Shown here: in pieces, positions 37,465 through 47,698 of the stretch
Numbering within the stretch: position 1 is the first letter of the stretch
Layout of the letters: each line of letters opens with the position of its first letter
NCBI GenBank assembly: GCA_025935195.1
Contig: JAICVS010000003.1
Location: forward strand, 124 to 64,123
DNA from: Ktedonobacterales bacterium
GTDB taxonomy: Bacteria; Chloroflexota; Ktedonobacteria; Ktedonobacterales; JADMIN01
Length of the DNA stretch: 64,000 nt
Reading direction: 5' to 3'
Translations under genes and position numbers: made by a program
Notes under the pieces: model-generated
Seen by the model: only the letters and a program-made list of their open reading frames with translations
What the model was told of the DNA's origin: nothing
The model's database searches: none

Positions 37465-37489
37465 CCGGCATGAATGCCGGGGGTAATCC
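37465..37489. repeat. REP-like palindrome family A
   Basis: CCGGCATGAATGCCGGGGGTAATCC. Confidence 0.8.
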
Positions 37490-37675
37490 TCGGCCCCGCA
37501 TGAGTGGAGGAGCGGCCAACAGCCTCGACCAAAGCGATATGATGTGCCATATGCCGCGGGTGGTCGTTCTATCTCAACAGGCGCGGTCTGGCCGGGGCGG
37601 GAGCTGGATGGATGAGACCGGGCGGTGGTGATGCGGCTCCGGCGGATGGTGATGCGGGCAGGGAGGGGGTGGGCG

Positions 37676-38917
37676 ATGCGCGGCAAGGGACATCTCCCGG
37701 TCTTGGATGGCCTGCGCGGGCTGGCGATCTTGCTGGTGCTGCTCAATCACGTGACGCTCTACACGCCGTGGCCGAGCGGCTGGCCGCCGCTGCTCGCGCA
37801 GATCGGGCTGTTTGGCTGGGCGGGCGTTCAGCTTTTCTTCATCCTGTCGGGCTTCCTGATCTTTTTGCCCTATGCCGGCGCGCTGGTGCGGCAGACTCCC
37901 TGGCCCGATCCGCTGGCGTTCTATCGCCGGCGCGCGCGGCGCATCCTCCCGGTCTACTTCGCGTTCCTGGTCGCGGTGGGACTGCCGCTGACGCTGGCCG
38001 GCCATCTGCACGCCGCGCGCCTGCCCGCCGCGATCGTGACGGCGCTGCTGCTGCACAATATGGATACGGCGGCCACGAACCTCGTCAGTCAGCTCAATGC
38101 GCCGCTGTGGACGCTCGCCATCGAGTGGCAGTTCTACCTGATCTTGCCCTGGCTGGCGCGTGGCTTTGCCCGTCTGGGCGCTGGGCGGCCGGGGCGGCTC
38201 TGGCGTCCGTTGGCGCTGGTGGTGGCGTTCGGCTTCAGCGCAAGCGTGCTGGCGGCGGTGGTGCGCCATGCCAGCGGCCAGATTCAGCCGGAGGATGCGC
38301 CCGGCGCGGTGGGGCTGGTGGTGCGCTTGCTCTATGGGGTGCGGGGACGCTACCTGGAGGAGTTCGCGCTCGGTATGGGGCTGGCGATCCTGTACGTCGC
38401 GTACGTGGCGGTGATCGAGCCGGGGCGCATCGCCGTACAGTGGCGCCGCCGCGTGGTGGGCGCCTGCCTGATCGCGGCGGGCATCGGGCTGCCGCTCTGC
38501 CACCTGTGGGCACGCGCCGCCGGGCAGTACGACCTGGGGGCCGACTGGACGCGCTTCGGTGTCGCTGGATGGATGTGGGCGCTGGCGGGGCAGTGGGTGG
38601 TGGCCGTCTGTTTCTGCCTGCTGCTGGCGGCGGGGCTGCTCTCGCGGGGGACGCTGGCGCGCGCGCTGGCGGTGGCGCCGCTGCGTTGGCTCGGCACGAT
38701 CTCGTACAGCGTCTACGTCTGGCACCTGTGGGTGTTCCGCCTGATCGCGCCGGGCTGGCTGCTGCTGCCGGCGGTGATCCTGCTGGGCGCGGCATCGTAC
38801 TACGTGATCGAGCGTCCCTTCCTGGCGGCGCGAGGCGACGTTATGCGCGGCGCTGGCGTTGGGCGGCCCGCGAGTGACGTGGGGGCCGCTGCGGTGAGGG
38901 CGAGCCGGGCGGGATGA
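37676..38917 (+). CDS. Acyltransferase-3 family (OafA/YrhL-like) membrane O-acyltransferase
   Basis: LDGLRGLAILLV, GVQLFFILSGFLI, FYRRRARRILP, WTLAIEWQFY, GTISYSVYVWH, SYYVIERP. Confidence 0.93.
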   Translation: MRGKGHLPVLDGLRGLAILLVLLNHVTLYTPWPSGWPPLLAQIGLFGWAGVQLFFILSGFLIFLPYAGALVRQTPWPDPLAFYRRRARRILPVYFAFLVAVGLPLTLAGHLHAARLPAAIVTALLLHNMDTAATNLVSQLNAPLWTLAIEWQFYLILPWLARGFARLGAGRPGRLWRPLALVVAFGFSASVLAAVVRHASGQIQPEDAPGAVGLVVRLLYGVRGRYLEEFALGMGLAILYVAYVAVIEPGRIAVQWRRRVVGACLIAAGIGLPLCHLWARAAGQYDLGADWTRFGVAGWMWALAGQWVVAVCFCLLLAAGLLSRGTLARALAVAPLRWLGTISYSVYVWHLWVFRLIAPGWLLLPAVILLGAASYYVIERPFLAARGDVMRGAGVGRPASDVGAAAVRASRAG

Positions 38918-38971
38918 TATCGAATTTCATCAAGCGCGAGCGGACTGAGCGGACTTGCAGCGCATCCGCGC

Positions 38972-39000
38972 TTGCACTTTGACAGGTGGTCTGGCATAAT
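38972..39000 (+). promoter_or_regulatory. Sigma70-type promoter for island genes
   Basis: TTGCAC-17 bp-CATAAT with extended TG. Confidence 0.5.
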
Positions 39001-39094
39001 GCAAACGTGCATGAGGAAGCTTCCATTCCATGTAGTAGTTCCCACCGGCTTACCTTGGCCGTTGGCTATCGTTGCTTAAAGCGTAGGGACTGGC

Positions 39095-39463
39095 ATGAGG
39101 ATAATGCACTTTCGCAAGGGCAAGCAAGGCGAACCGAATACTGAAGCGCGGCCACCTCAGAATCTAGAACCCAGTCCACCCCCTGAGACTGCCTTCGCTG
39201 TTCAAAGCAGGGCGGAGAAACTCCGTGAACTGGCACGCCTTCAACAGGATGTTGCTATGAGGTTGCAGCAAACGGCAAGCAAAGAACATGATATTGCGAA
39301 TCTGTGCGAAGCTATTAGTGAGCTTGACCTGAGGGACCAAGTCCGGGAGATGGAGATGGAGGTGCTAGGGCTGTTGAATCGTGCCCTTAAAGTGGAGAGG
39401 ATGGCTCTGGAGAGAGTGGCCCAAACACTTGAGGAAGAGAAGCTTGCGCTGCAAGTGGGCTAA
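39095..39463 (+). CDS. Hypothetical helical/coiled-coil protein (122 aa)
   Basis: Pro-rich N-terminus, then E/L/R-rich heptad-like pattern; co-oriented with the other island genes. Confidence 0.6.
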   Translation: MRIMHFRKGKQGEPNTEARPPQNLEPSPPPETAFAVQSRAEKLRELARLQQDVAMRLQQTASKEHDIANLCEAISELDLRDQVREMEMEVLGLLNRALKVERMALERVAQTLEEEKLALQVG

Positions 39464-39548
39464 CCTGTCTTCACGCTGTGCAGCTTGGAGGCATGATAGA
39501 TTTCGCGGAAGGCCTGAACCGTAGATTTGGGGGAGGAGAGATTGCATA

Positions 39549-39881
39549 ATGGCAGATATCGGTGATGTGCGGTCAAAGGCACTGATAAAGGCCCGCCAGC
39601 TTCAGAATGATGCGAACCTGATCGCTCAGAATGAGCGAGAGGAAGAGGCTCTGCTAGGCAAGCTTGAGGAGATTGCTGACCAATACCACGATTTGCTGGG
39701 AATGTGGGAGGGAGCAGGAGACACACAAATGGCCGAGCAAGTTCGAAAAGAAGAAGAACGAATGAGGCAGTTGATCACTCGGCTTACGGAACTGGCAGAT
39801 CGAACAGCGGAAGAGGCGAAGAAGGTTCTTGGCGAGGTTAAGGATGTGCTGAGAAATGTCAACGACAGGCCACTTCAGTGA
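39549..39881 (+). CDS. 110-aa helical hairpin protein with central WEG, WXG100-like
   Basis: GGAGGAG RBS; W-E-G at residues 53-55 between two long amphipathic helices. Confidence 0.6.
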   Translation: MADIGDVRSKALIKARQLQNDANLIAQNEREEEALLGKLEEIADQYHDLLGMWEGAGDTQMAEQVRKEEERMRQLITRLTELADRTAEEAKKVLGEVKDVLRNVNDRPLQ

Positions 39882-40062
39882 CTGAAATGCTGGCCATCGA
39901 CATGCCCAGTATTGCAATTGCCTGCGTGACCGTCAGCGATCAACAGGAAATGCCGCACGTCCTATGCAAACGTGAGGTGGGATGACGTCGGACTTCGCGC
40001 CATCAGCAACTTATGTACATCCTTGGGGGAGATAGTATTAGCTGCGGTCGGGAGGGGATGCC

Positions 40063-41592
40063 ATGGATGCTTCTGCAGTGGCTCGTAAACGGGCATTACT
40101 TAGCACAGCGTATTTTGGCGATCCTACCGCCGAATTTGACCAAGCACTACATGCTACATTTGTAGAGACCGACATCTGGGCAGGCGTGATCAAGGATCAA
40201 GTGAATATTGTACTAGGGGCAAAGGGCACGGGGAAGAGCGCGATGTATTCCCTCCTCTTTGTCAAGCGCAGGGAATTGCGCAAGCGTCGGATCGTCGTCG
40301 TGGGTGCCGAAAGCCTGGAGGACGATCCCATATTCGTCAGCTTATCCATCAATCCAACTCTAAGCGAAGAGCAGTTTGCCACCCTGTGGAAACTGTATTT
40401 CCTTGCCCTTGTTGGAGGCGCACTCAGGTCACTGAGGATACGCGACGCCTCGGCACGTCGGGTCATCTCTGTACTCGAAGGAGAGAGTTTGCTACCACGT
40501 GCGGATGGATCGCTATTCGTGAGGACATTCAACGAGGCGCTGCGCTATGTCAACGCAGAACTAGAGGGGGAGTTCGGCGTTTCCGGGCCATCGCCTGTGC
40601 AGGTAAGAGTCAGCGGTAGAATCGTCTTGCACGAGCCCACAGCCGAGGAGCGACAGCAGGGCAAGATCGGGCTCAATGAACTGCTTACGCTCGTCGGAAA
40701 GTCTCTCACGAAAGCGAAACTAGCTGTTTGGCTACTCGTTGATAGGCTCGACATGGCGTTTCCATCGGATGAAGCCCTGGAAATCCGTGCACTCAGAGCA
40801 CTCTTCCGAGCGTACATATCGCTGGGGTTGCCAGCGTACGGGTTCAAAATCAAACTCTTCGTGCGTGCAGATACATGGGATCGTCTTACTAGGAACCTTG
40901 ATGCAGGGGGCAGGTTTCCTGGCGCCAACATGCTCAACGGCACTGAGATAAGATGGAGCAGCAATGCTCTGTTGAATCTAGTAGTCCGCCGTATCCTACA
41001 CAATGAGCACCTCTGCAGGCATTACGGGGTCAAAGCAGACCATGTTCGGGCGGACTACCGACAACAAGAGGCACTATTCGCTCGCGTGTTTCCGGAACAT
41101 GTCGAGACGGATGCCGGCATAGTGAAGACCTTTGAGTGGATCCTACAACAGATTCGAGACGGTACAGGCAATGTAGCTCCGCGAGAACTCATCCTCATGT
41201 TGTCTTATGCACGCGAGGCCCAGCTGCAACGCCTAGACCTTGGGATTGTCGAGAGCGTCGACGAGCATCTGTTCGATCAAAATGCATTGAAGATAGCTGC
41301 CGCTAAAGTGTCGGATTTCCGCTTGTATCGCACGCTCTTCACTGAGTATCCATACATACGCTCGGCAGTCGACGCCTTACGCGGTGGAGAAGCCTCGTAC
41401 ACAGTAGAGCGGCTGGAGCGGCTATGGCGCGATTTGCCATGGCAGGTTATGACAATGAACGACACTCACCAACTGGTGGATCGACTTACAGCGCTCGGCT
41501 TCTTTGAAGTGAAGTCGGCAGGGAATGTAACCATGTACCACGTCCCACCGATCTACCAGCACGCATTGGCTTTGTTCGAGCAGCATAGATGA
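40063..41592 (+). CDS. P-loop ATPase, Sll1717/FunZ-like
   Basis: FGDPTAE, Walker A GAKGTGKS, WKLY, Walker B LLVDRLD, KLFVRAD.WD, RW...LLNLVVRRI, RDG...PRELI, C-terminal winged-helix-like LTALGF...YHVPPIYQHAL; GGAGG RBS. Confidence 0.8.
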   Translation: MDASAVARKRALLSTAYFGDPTAEFDQALHATFVETDIWAGVIKDQVNIVLGAKGTGKSAMYSLLFVKRRELRKRRIVVVGAESLEDDPIFVSLSINPTLSEEQFATLWKLYFLALVGGALRSLRIRDASARRVISVLEGESLLPRADGSLFVRTFNEALRYVNAELEGEFGVSGPSPVQVRVSGRIVLHEPTAEERQQGKIGLNELLTLVGKSLTKAKLAVWLLVDRLDMAFPSDEALEIRALRALFRAYISLGLPAYGFKIKLFVRADTWDRLTRNLDAGGRFPGANMLNGTEIRWSSNALLNLVVRRILHNEHLCRHYGVKADHVRADYRQQEALFARVFPEHVETDAGIVKTFEWILQQIRDGTGNVAPRELILMLSYAREAQLQRLDLGIVESVDEHLFDQNALKIAAAKVSDFRLYRTLFTEYPYIRSAVDALRGGEASYTVERLERLWRDLPWQVMTMNDTHQLVDRLTALGFFEVKSAGNVTMYHVPPIYQHALALFEQHR

Positions 41593-41842
41593 GATTGATG
41601 TCGGAACATTCAGGGTGAGGCTAAGTGGCAAGTCGTCGACGATCCACTGGCTGTAAGTTCTACTCGCTGCCAAATCTAACCGGATTCTCAATGGCTACTG
41701 CCGCCTGGGTTGCGTCTCGGATACATGCTTAGGGGATCGCACGCTTGCGTCGCGGGCATTCCTTGGCGCAACATAGAACATTCAAGCTCGCTCGCGCGCT
41801 CGTTTGAGCCACTGCAGGCTGTATGATTGATTCGGTGCGTCC

Positions 41843-43135
41843 TCACGGCCGGCGCGAGCGCGAACCGCCGCTCATCGCTCTGGTGGCGCCCGTGTCGTCG
41901 TCGTCCGTGTCGTGCGCGTGCGCTGGATGGATGGTTCGCTCGTGTGGTGGCGGAGGGATGGTCGCGGCATCGGCGGCAGCGGATGCGGCGGCAGCGGCGG
42001 TCGTGACCGGGACGACGGGGGCGCCGAACTGTTCGGGGAACTGGTGCGCGTGCGTCTGCCGCCACTCGCGCCAGATTTCGGAGAGCGCCGCCTGGATCAG
42101 CCCGGCGAGCGGCGAGGCGAAGAGCGCGCCCCAGATGCCGAAGAGCTCACCGCCGGCCAGCAGCGCGAAGATCGAGACGGCGGGATGCACGCCGACCGCG
42201 CGCCCAACGACGCGCGGCCCCACCACGTCGCCCTCGATGATATGCACAATCACGAAGTACGCCAGCACGACCAGCGCCAGCACCCAGCTTTGCGTCAGCG
42301 CGATCAGCACGCAGGCGGCGCCGGAGACGAAGACGCCGATCACGGGGATGAACTCCAGGATGAAGGCGAGCACGCCCAGCAGCACGGCGTAGGGGACGTG
42401 CAGCGCGGCCATGCCGATGCCCACCAGCGCGCCGATCAGCGTGGAGAGGATGAGCTGGCCGCGGATGTAGCCGCCGACGACACGCTGGAAGGTCAGCAGC
42501 ATGAAGGAGACGCGCGTCCGGTGCTTGATCGGGGCGCTGGTGCGCAGCCAGGCGATCACGCGCTGCCCGTCAATCAAGAGGTAGATGCTCAACACCGTCA
42601 CCAGCACCGTGTCCAGCACGCCGTTGAAGATGCCTTCGAGGAAGGGCACGATGCCCGCCGCCAACACCTGCGTCTGGCGCAGGATCTGATCGCCGACGGA
42701 CTGAATCTGTGATTGCGAGATGCCCAACTGGCGCAGTCGTGTGATCAGCGGCGAATCCGCGCCGTTCTTGCCGGGGGTGATCAGGGTGGAGACCTGCTGC
42801 GTGAGCATGCCGACCTGCGTGATGGCTGTGCTGACGATGAGATAGCCGAGCGCGCCGATGACGCTGACGAAGGCCAGGTAGACCACCAAGAGCGCCAGCG
42901 GGCGCGGCAGGAAGCGGCTCAGGAACTTGACCGCCGGCATCAGCGCGTAGGCCAGCAGCGCCGCGACGATCAGGATGAGCAGTGCGCGGATCACGTGCGA
43001 GGCGGCCCAGACGACGAGCGCGACGATGATCAGCCAGCCGAGCACGGCGATGGCGGTGTCGCGCCGCCGCGCCCAACGCTCGTTGGCGGGCGAGACATCG
43101 CGCCGGTCAGATGATTGTGGTGCGGTGGTGAGCAT
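41843..43135 (-). CDS. AI-2E family transporter
   Basis: LLAYALMP.V, GGYIRGQL, FIPVIG, IEGDVVGPRVVGRAVGVHP, GGELFGIWGALFASP. Confidence 0.92.
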   Translation of the reverse strand: MLTTAPQSSDRRDVSPANERWARRRDTAIAVLGWLIIVALVVWAASHVIRALLILIVAALLAYALMPAVKFLSRFLPRPLALLVVYLAFVSVIGALGYLIVSTAITQVGMLTQQVSTLITPGKNGADSPLITRLRQLGISQSQIQSVGDQILRQTQVLAAGIVPFLEGIFNGVLDTVLVTVLSIYLLIDGQRVIAWLRTSAPIKHRTRVSFMLLTFQRVVGGYIRGQLILSTLIGALVGIGMAALHVPYAVLLGVLAFILEFIPVIGVFVSGAACVLIALTQSWVLALVVLAYFVIVHIIEGDVVGPRVVGRAVGVHPAVSIFALLAGGELFGIWGALFASPLAGLIQAALSEIWREWRQTHAHQFPEQFGAPVVPVTTAAAAASAAADAATIPPPPHERTIHPAHAHDTDDDDTGATRAMSGGSRSRRP

Positions 43136-43251
43136 AGCCATCCATCCTGAGCGCGGAGCGACGCGCATCCTGGCCGGGTCCGCCGTATCTCCCGCGTATG
43201 GCACAGTATCGCAACTGGCGGGCCAGTCCGGCACGAGGAGGGACGAGAATT

Positions 43252-43353
43252 ACCACAGAGGACACGGAGGAACACGGAGGGCAGAGGGCAGAAGAGGAGA
43301 GAGGATGACGAGAACCAACACAGAGGAACGGAGGCGAGGGAGGTTCACGGAGG
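43252..43353. repeat. Purine-rich tract with 9-10 bp CAC(A/G)GAG repeats
   Basis: accacagag-gacacggag-gaacacggag, and later cacagagg and cacggagg; related to the reverse complement of 381-407. Confidence 0.5.
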
Positions 43354-43502
43354 GGGTAGGGAGAGGCAGCGCGCGGGCCACTGCGGGGAGAGGGGGGCGG
43401 AGTGTGCTGGGCAGGGTCTAGTGCCATGAAGAGAAGGCTTGAAGACAGGCCGCTGTGTGCGGTAGCCTACTGTGCAGACATGGCGCCCGGAAGGAGGAAT
43501 GT

Positions 43503-44111
43503 GTGGATCAGTCGAGCGCTTTCGCCGCTCTGCCGCCGCCAGCGGCGCGGCGCCGTCCGCTACGGGCTGTCGTGCGCGCGGTGGCGCTGCTGGCCGCCTG
43601 TATCCCACTCGCCGCCTGCACGCTCTCGATCACGGGGCCGCGCGCGGCGACAACATCGGGCAACGCGATCTCCATTCCGGTGCGCGTGGTGCATGACGGC
43701 GCGGGCGGCACGGCTATTCTGGTCGGCGTGACCATCGGCGGCAAAGGACCGTTCACCTTCGTGCTCGATACCGGCGCCGAGTCGTCGCTGATCGATTCCG
43801 CCACCGCCAAACGGCTCGACCTCAAGGCCGCCGGCAGCCCGCACCCGATCTCTGGCATCGGCGGCGTGCAGCAGGCCGTGCCGGTCCAGCTCAAGGATTG
43901 GCACGCGGATACGCTGCGGCTGCCGGCGGTGACGATGGATAGCGCATCGTTCGCCGGCGACCGCTTCGGCAACAATATTCGCGGCCTGCTCGGTTCGGAC
44001 GTGCTCAGCCAGTTCGGCACGATTACGATTGACTACGCCGGCGGCACGCTCACCGTCTACAAGCAGATCGCGGCGGTGCGGCCGCGCTTTGGGTACGCCC
44101 ATGCCGCCTGA
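43503..44111 (+). CDS. Retropepsin-like aspartic protease, probable lipoprotein
   Basis: AAGGAGG RBS before a GTG start; LAAC lipobox; FVLDTGA catalytic motif; GLLGSDVL. Confidence 0.85.
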   Translation: MDQSSAFAALPPPAARRRPLRAVVRAVALLAACIPLAACTLSITGPRAATTSGNAISIPVRVVHDGAGGTAILVGVTIGGKGPFTFVLDTGAESSLIDSATAKRLDLKAAGSPHPISGIGGVQQAVPVQLKDWHADTLRLPAVTMDSASFAGDRFGNNIRGLLGSDVLSQFGTITIDYAGGTLTVYKQIAAVRPRFGYAHAA

Positions 44112-46176
44112 GCCACCTGAGCGCGGCGCCGGGGCATCCGCCGGCGACGAGCGCGAGACGACCGAGGCGGCGCGGCAGCCGCCACACGTGGGGGCGCCGG
44201 CGATTGTGGGCGCCGACATCGGCGGCACGTTCACCGATTTCGTGTATTGGAACGGGCGCGCGGTGGTCTTCTCCAAGCTGCCGACCACGCCCGCGCCGGA
44301 GGACGCGCTGCTCGCGGGCATCGCGCGGCTCGACGCCGACCGCGCGGATGTGACGCTGGTGCATGGCTCGACAGTGGCGACCAACGCCTTTCTGGAGCGC
44401 AAGGGCGCGCGCGTTGTGCTTGTCACCACGGCGGGCTTTGGCGACGTGCTGGAGATCGGCCGGCAGAATCGCGCGCGCATCTACGACATCCGCGCCGCCA
44501 AGCCGCTCCCGCTCGTGCCGGCCGTCTGCCGGCTGGAGGCGCACGAGCGCCTGGACGCTTCGGGAAACGCGCTCGTGCCGCTCACGGATGCTGAGGTGGA
44601 GCGCGTCGCGCGCGCGGCCGAGGCGCTGCATCCCGAGGCCATCGCGATCTGCCTGCTGCACGCCTACGCGAACCCGGCGCACGAGCTACGCCTGCGCGAC
44701 GCGCTGCGCGCGCTCACGCCGTTCGTCTATTGCTCCGCCGAGATCGATCCGGCCTACCGCGAATACGAGCGGTCGAGCACGACGGTCTTCAACGCCTACG
44801 TCGGCCCGCTCGTCGCCGGCTATGTGGAGCGGCTGCAAGCGCGGCTGCGCTGCCCGCTGCGCCTGCTTGGCTCAAACGGCGGGCGCCAGGTGGGTGGGCC
44901 GCTGCGCCGGCCGGCCAGCATGATCCTCTCCGGTCCGGCTGGCGGCGTGATCGGCGCGCGCGCCGTGGCGCGGGCGGCGGGCGAGCGTGAGATCATCACG
45001 CTGGATATGGGCGGGACGAGTACGGACGTGGCGCTGATCGCCGGGGAGCCGCTGGCCTCGCGCGAGACGCTGCTGGAGGGGCTGCCACTGCGCGAGCCGA
45101 TGCTCGACATCCACACCATCGGCGCGGGCGGCGGCTCCATCGCGCGTTTCGACCGCGGCGGCGCGCTGGTGGTCGGGCCGGAATCGGCGGGCGCGAACCC
45201 CGGCCCCGCCTGCTATGGGCGCGGCGGCGAGAGCTTCACCGTGACCGATGCGCACGTGATCCTCGGCCATGTGCCGCTGGATGCGTTTCTAGGCGGGCGC
45301 ATGCCGCTGGACCACGCCGCCGCCGAACGGGCCGGCCGCGCCGCGCTGGCTGGCCGCGCGCATGGTGATCCCGACGATCACGATCTCGTGGCCTTCGCGG
45401 AGGGGGTGTTGAGCGTGGCTGAGGCGGCGATGGAGCGAGCGATCCGCGCCGTCAGCGCGCGGCGCGGCTACGATCCGGCGGGGTTCGCGCTGTTCTGCTT
45501 CGGCGGCGCGGGCGGGCTGCACGCGGTGCGGCTGGCGCGGGCGCTTGGCATGCGCGGCGTGCTGATCCCGCGCGCGGCCGGCGTGTTGAGCGCGCTGGGC
45601 ATGGCGCTGGCCGATACGGTGGCAACGGCGCGGGAGAGCGTCTTGCGCGAGCTGGATGCGCGCGACGACGCGGAGCTGCGCGCGCGCTTTGCGCGGCTGG
45701 GGCGCGAGGCCAGCGCCGCACTGCTGGCCGACGGCCACGCGGGCGAAAGTCTCACTCTGCTGCCGGCGCTCGATCTGCGCTATCGCGGCCAATCCTACGA
45801 GTTGAGCATCCCCTGGGCGGATGAGGGCGCGGCCACTGGCGCGGCGTTCCATGCCGAGCACCTGCGCCGCTTTGGATATGCCGATCCCACACGGACTGTG
45901 GAGGCGGTCAACGCGCAGGTCACGGTTCGCGCCATCAATGACGGCTTCCCGCTGCCGGAGCTGCCGGAGGGGGAGGCGGAGGCGCCGGAGCGGCGCGTGA
46001 CGGCCTACTTCGAGGGCCGGCAGTACGAGACGGCGGTATATCGCATGGCGCGGCTCATGCGCGACCAGCGCATCGCCGGCCCGGCCATCCTGGCCGACGA
46101 CTTCGCGACCGTGCTCATCCCGCCGGATACGATGGCCCAGAGTGATCGCTTCGGCACCATCCATGTCACGCTGTAG
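44101..46176 (+). CDS. Hydantoinase/oxoprolinase family protein (A subunit)
   Basis: DIGGTFTD, HGSTVATNA, REYERSSTT, SGPAGG, DMGGTSTD, GAGGGSI, GPESAGANPGPACYG, FGGAGGLH, RYRGQSYE. Confidence 0.93.
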   Translation: MPPEPPERGAGASAGDERETTEAARQPPHVGAPAIVGADIGGTFTDFVYWNGRAVVFSKLPTTPAPEDALLAGIARLDADRADVTLVHGSTVATNAFLERKGARVVLVTTAGFGDVLEIGRQNRARIYDIRAAKPLPLVPAVCRLEAHERLDASGNALVPLTDAEVERVARAAEALHPEAIAICLLHAYANPAHELRLRDALRALTPFVYCSAEIDPAYREYERSSTTVFNAYVGPLVAGYVERLQARLRCPLRLLGSNGGRQVGGPLRRPASMILSGPAGGVIGARAVARAAGEREIITLDMGGTSTDVALIAGEPLASRETLLEGLPLREPMLDIHTIGAGGGSIARFDRGGALVVGPESAGANPGPACYGRGGESFTVTDAHVILGHVPLDAFLGGRMPLDHAAAERAGRAALAGRAHGDPDDHDLVAFAEGVLSVAEAAMERAIRAVSARRGYDPAGFALFCFGGAGGLHAVRLARALGMRGVLIPRAAGVLSALGMALADTVATARESVLRELDARDDAELRARFARLGREASAALLADGHAGESLTLLPALDLRYRGQSYELSIPWADEGAATGAAFHAEHLRRFGYADPTRTVEAVNAQVTVRAINDGFPLPELPEGEAEAPERRVTAYFEGRQYETAVYRMARLMRDQRIAGPAILADDFATVLIPPDTMAQSDRFGTIHVTL

Positions 46177-46243
46177 TAGGAAAGCGCCCCGACAGCTCAC
46201 AGGCCATCGGGGCGCGGTCGTCACGTGTCCTCGCGGATGTGGG

Positions 46244-47698
46244 CTAGCGTCCGTCGCCGCCGGGGCCGAAGCGCGGCAGGCGGGTGTCGTCCACGATCTC
46301 TTCCTCGTCGGTGTAGACCTCCTCGGCGGTGGCCCGGCTCTGGCCGATCAATTGCTGGCGGCCCTTGGCGTCCACGGCGTAGATGTCGCGCTCGACGGTC
46401 ATCTGCCCGGCGGCGCCACCGGCGCTGGTGCCTTGCGCGTTGACGACGATGCGGTCCAGCTCCTGGATCGTCACCGGCTCATCCTTCTTGCGGCGGCGCA
46501 GGAAGAAGAGCAACAGCGCCAGCAGCAGCAGCAGGAAGAGCAGGCCGATCACGCAGAAGACCAGCGTGGGCGGCGCGGGCGTGGGCGAGGGCGGCAGGAC
46601 TTTGCCATGCACCAGCAGCGTCGCCTGCGCCGAGAACTTGGGCTGCGCGCAGGCGCCGGAGGGCTGGACAGCCTTGACGGTGAGCGTCGTGTCATTGTCG
46701 GGGCTGGGCGCGTTGAAGGTCGCGCTGAACGAGCCGTCGTTGTTCACCGTCGCGGTCGCCGCCGCCGTCTGGCAGCCGTCGCTGCCGCCGTAGAGGATCT
46801 GCACCTGCCCGTCGCTCGACGAGAACTGCGTGCCGGTGACGGTGACCTGCTTGCCGGCGTCCACCGGCCCGCTCACGGTGATGGTCGGGTTCAGCTGCGC
46901 CACCTGCGCCTGCACGTCCAGCGTCGCCGTGGCTTGCAGGTTGGGCGTGGCGCCGCAGCTCTTCTGCGGCTCGACGGCGACGACTGCGAGCTTGGTCTCC
47001 ACCGTGACGGCCGGTGCGTTGAAGGTGGCGGTGAAGGTGCCGTCGTCGGCGACAGCGGCGGTGGCGACGCTGTTGGCGCAGCCGTTGGAGCCGTCGGCGC
47101 TGTAGAGCACCTCGACCTGGCCGCCCGACTTGGTGGAGGGGAAGAAGTCCTTGCCGGAGACCTGCACGGCGCCGCCGCTGGCGACGGGGCTGCTGACCGT
47201 CAGCGATGGGCTGAGCACCTGGAAGCCGCCGGGGCTTTCCAGCGTCGTGCCGGTGCCGCTGTCGGTGGCGCAGATGGCGTACTTGCCGGGCGCGGTGGAG
47301 GGCCAGGCGAAGACGATGGTGATGGTGCCGTCGGCGCCCACCGTTCCCGTCGCGCCGGTGATGGTGATGATCGTGCCGGCGCAGTCGGTGGCGCTGTAGC
47401 CGATGACGATGCGCGCGCCGGGGGTGAGGCTGGTGCCTTTGAGGGTGAGCTGCGTGCCGGTCATGCCGTAGCCCGGCGTCACCGAGACGCATTTGCCGGG
47501 GTCCGAGGCGCAGAGGGAGCGCGGAATGGCGGGTAGAGCGGGATGCGGCGGGCCGGCGAGAGCGACGCCGGACAGCGTGACCAGCGCGAGTAGCGCGGCC
47601 AGGGCGAGCGCCGTGAGCAGCCGGCCTCCGTGGCGCCGCGCGCCCGCCATGCTGGCATCCTCACGATTCGGCGTGTGTGCCGTCGGGTCGTGTCCCAT
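46244..47698 (-). CDS. Secreted cell-surface protein with about 3 Ig/IPT-like repeats and a C-terminal TM anchor
   Basis: Signal peptide; repeats V.V.G..F...DG(T/S)F(T/S)ATFNAP with paired Cys; hydrophobic tail followed by RRRKK; AAGGAGG RBS. Confidence 0.8.
   Translation of the reverse strand: MGHDPTAHTPNREDASMAGARRHGGRLLTALALAALLALVTLSGVALAGPPHPALPAIPRSLCASDPGKCVSVTPGYGMTGTQLTLKGTSLTPGARIVIGYSATDCAGTIITITGATGTVGADGTITIVFAWPSTAPGKYAICATDSGTGTTLESPGGFQVLSPSLTVSSPVASGGAVQVSGKDFFPSTKSGGQVEVLYSADGSNGCANSVATAAVADDGTFTATFNAPAVTVETKLAVVAVEPQKSCGATPNLQATATLDVQAQVAQLNPTITVSGPVDAGKQVTVTGTQFSSSDGQVQILYGGSDGCQTAAATATVNNDGSFSATFNAPSPDNDTTLTVKAVQPSGACAQPKFSAQATLLVHGKVLPPSPTPAPPTLVFCVIGLLFLLLLLALLLFFLRRRKKDEPVTIQELDRIVVNAQGTSAGGAAGQMTVERDIYAVDAKGRQQLIGQSRATAEEVYTDEEEIVDDTRLPRFGPGGDGR

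Larger units (their letters stand above)
38918..41830. other. Low-GC island (probably horizontally acquired)
   Basis: Spot counts of 43% and 55% GC in 60-bp lines versus about 70% in the flanking gene; many A/T-ending codons; no integrase or clear att repeats seen. Confidence 0.75.

Noticed and set aside
37291-41830. Prophage or ICE integrated at tRNA-Gln
   Set aside because: No integrase, no duplicated tRNA 3' end noticed, no phage genes; only a compositional island is supported
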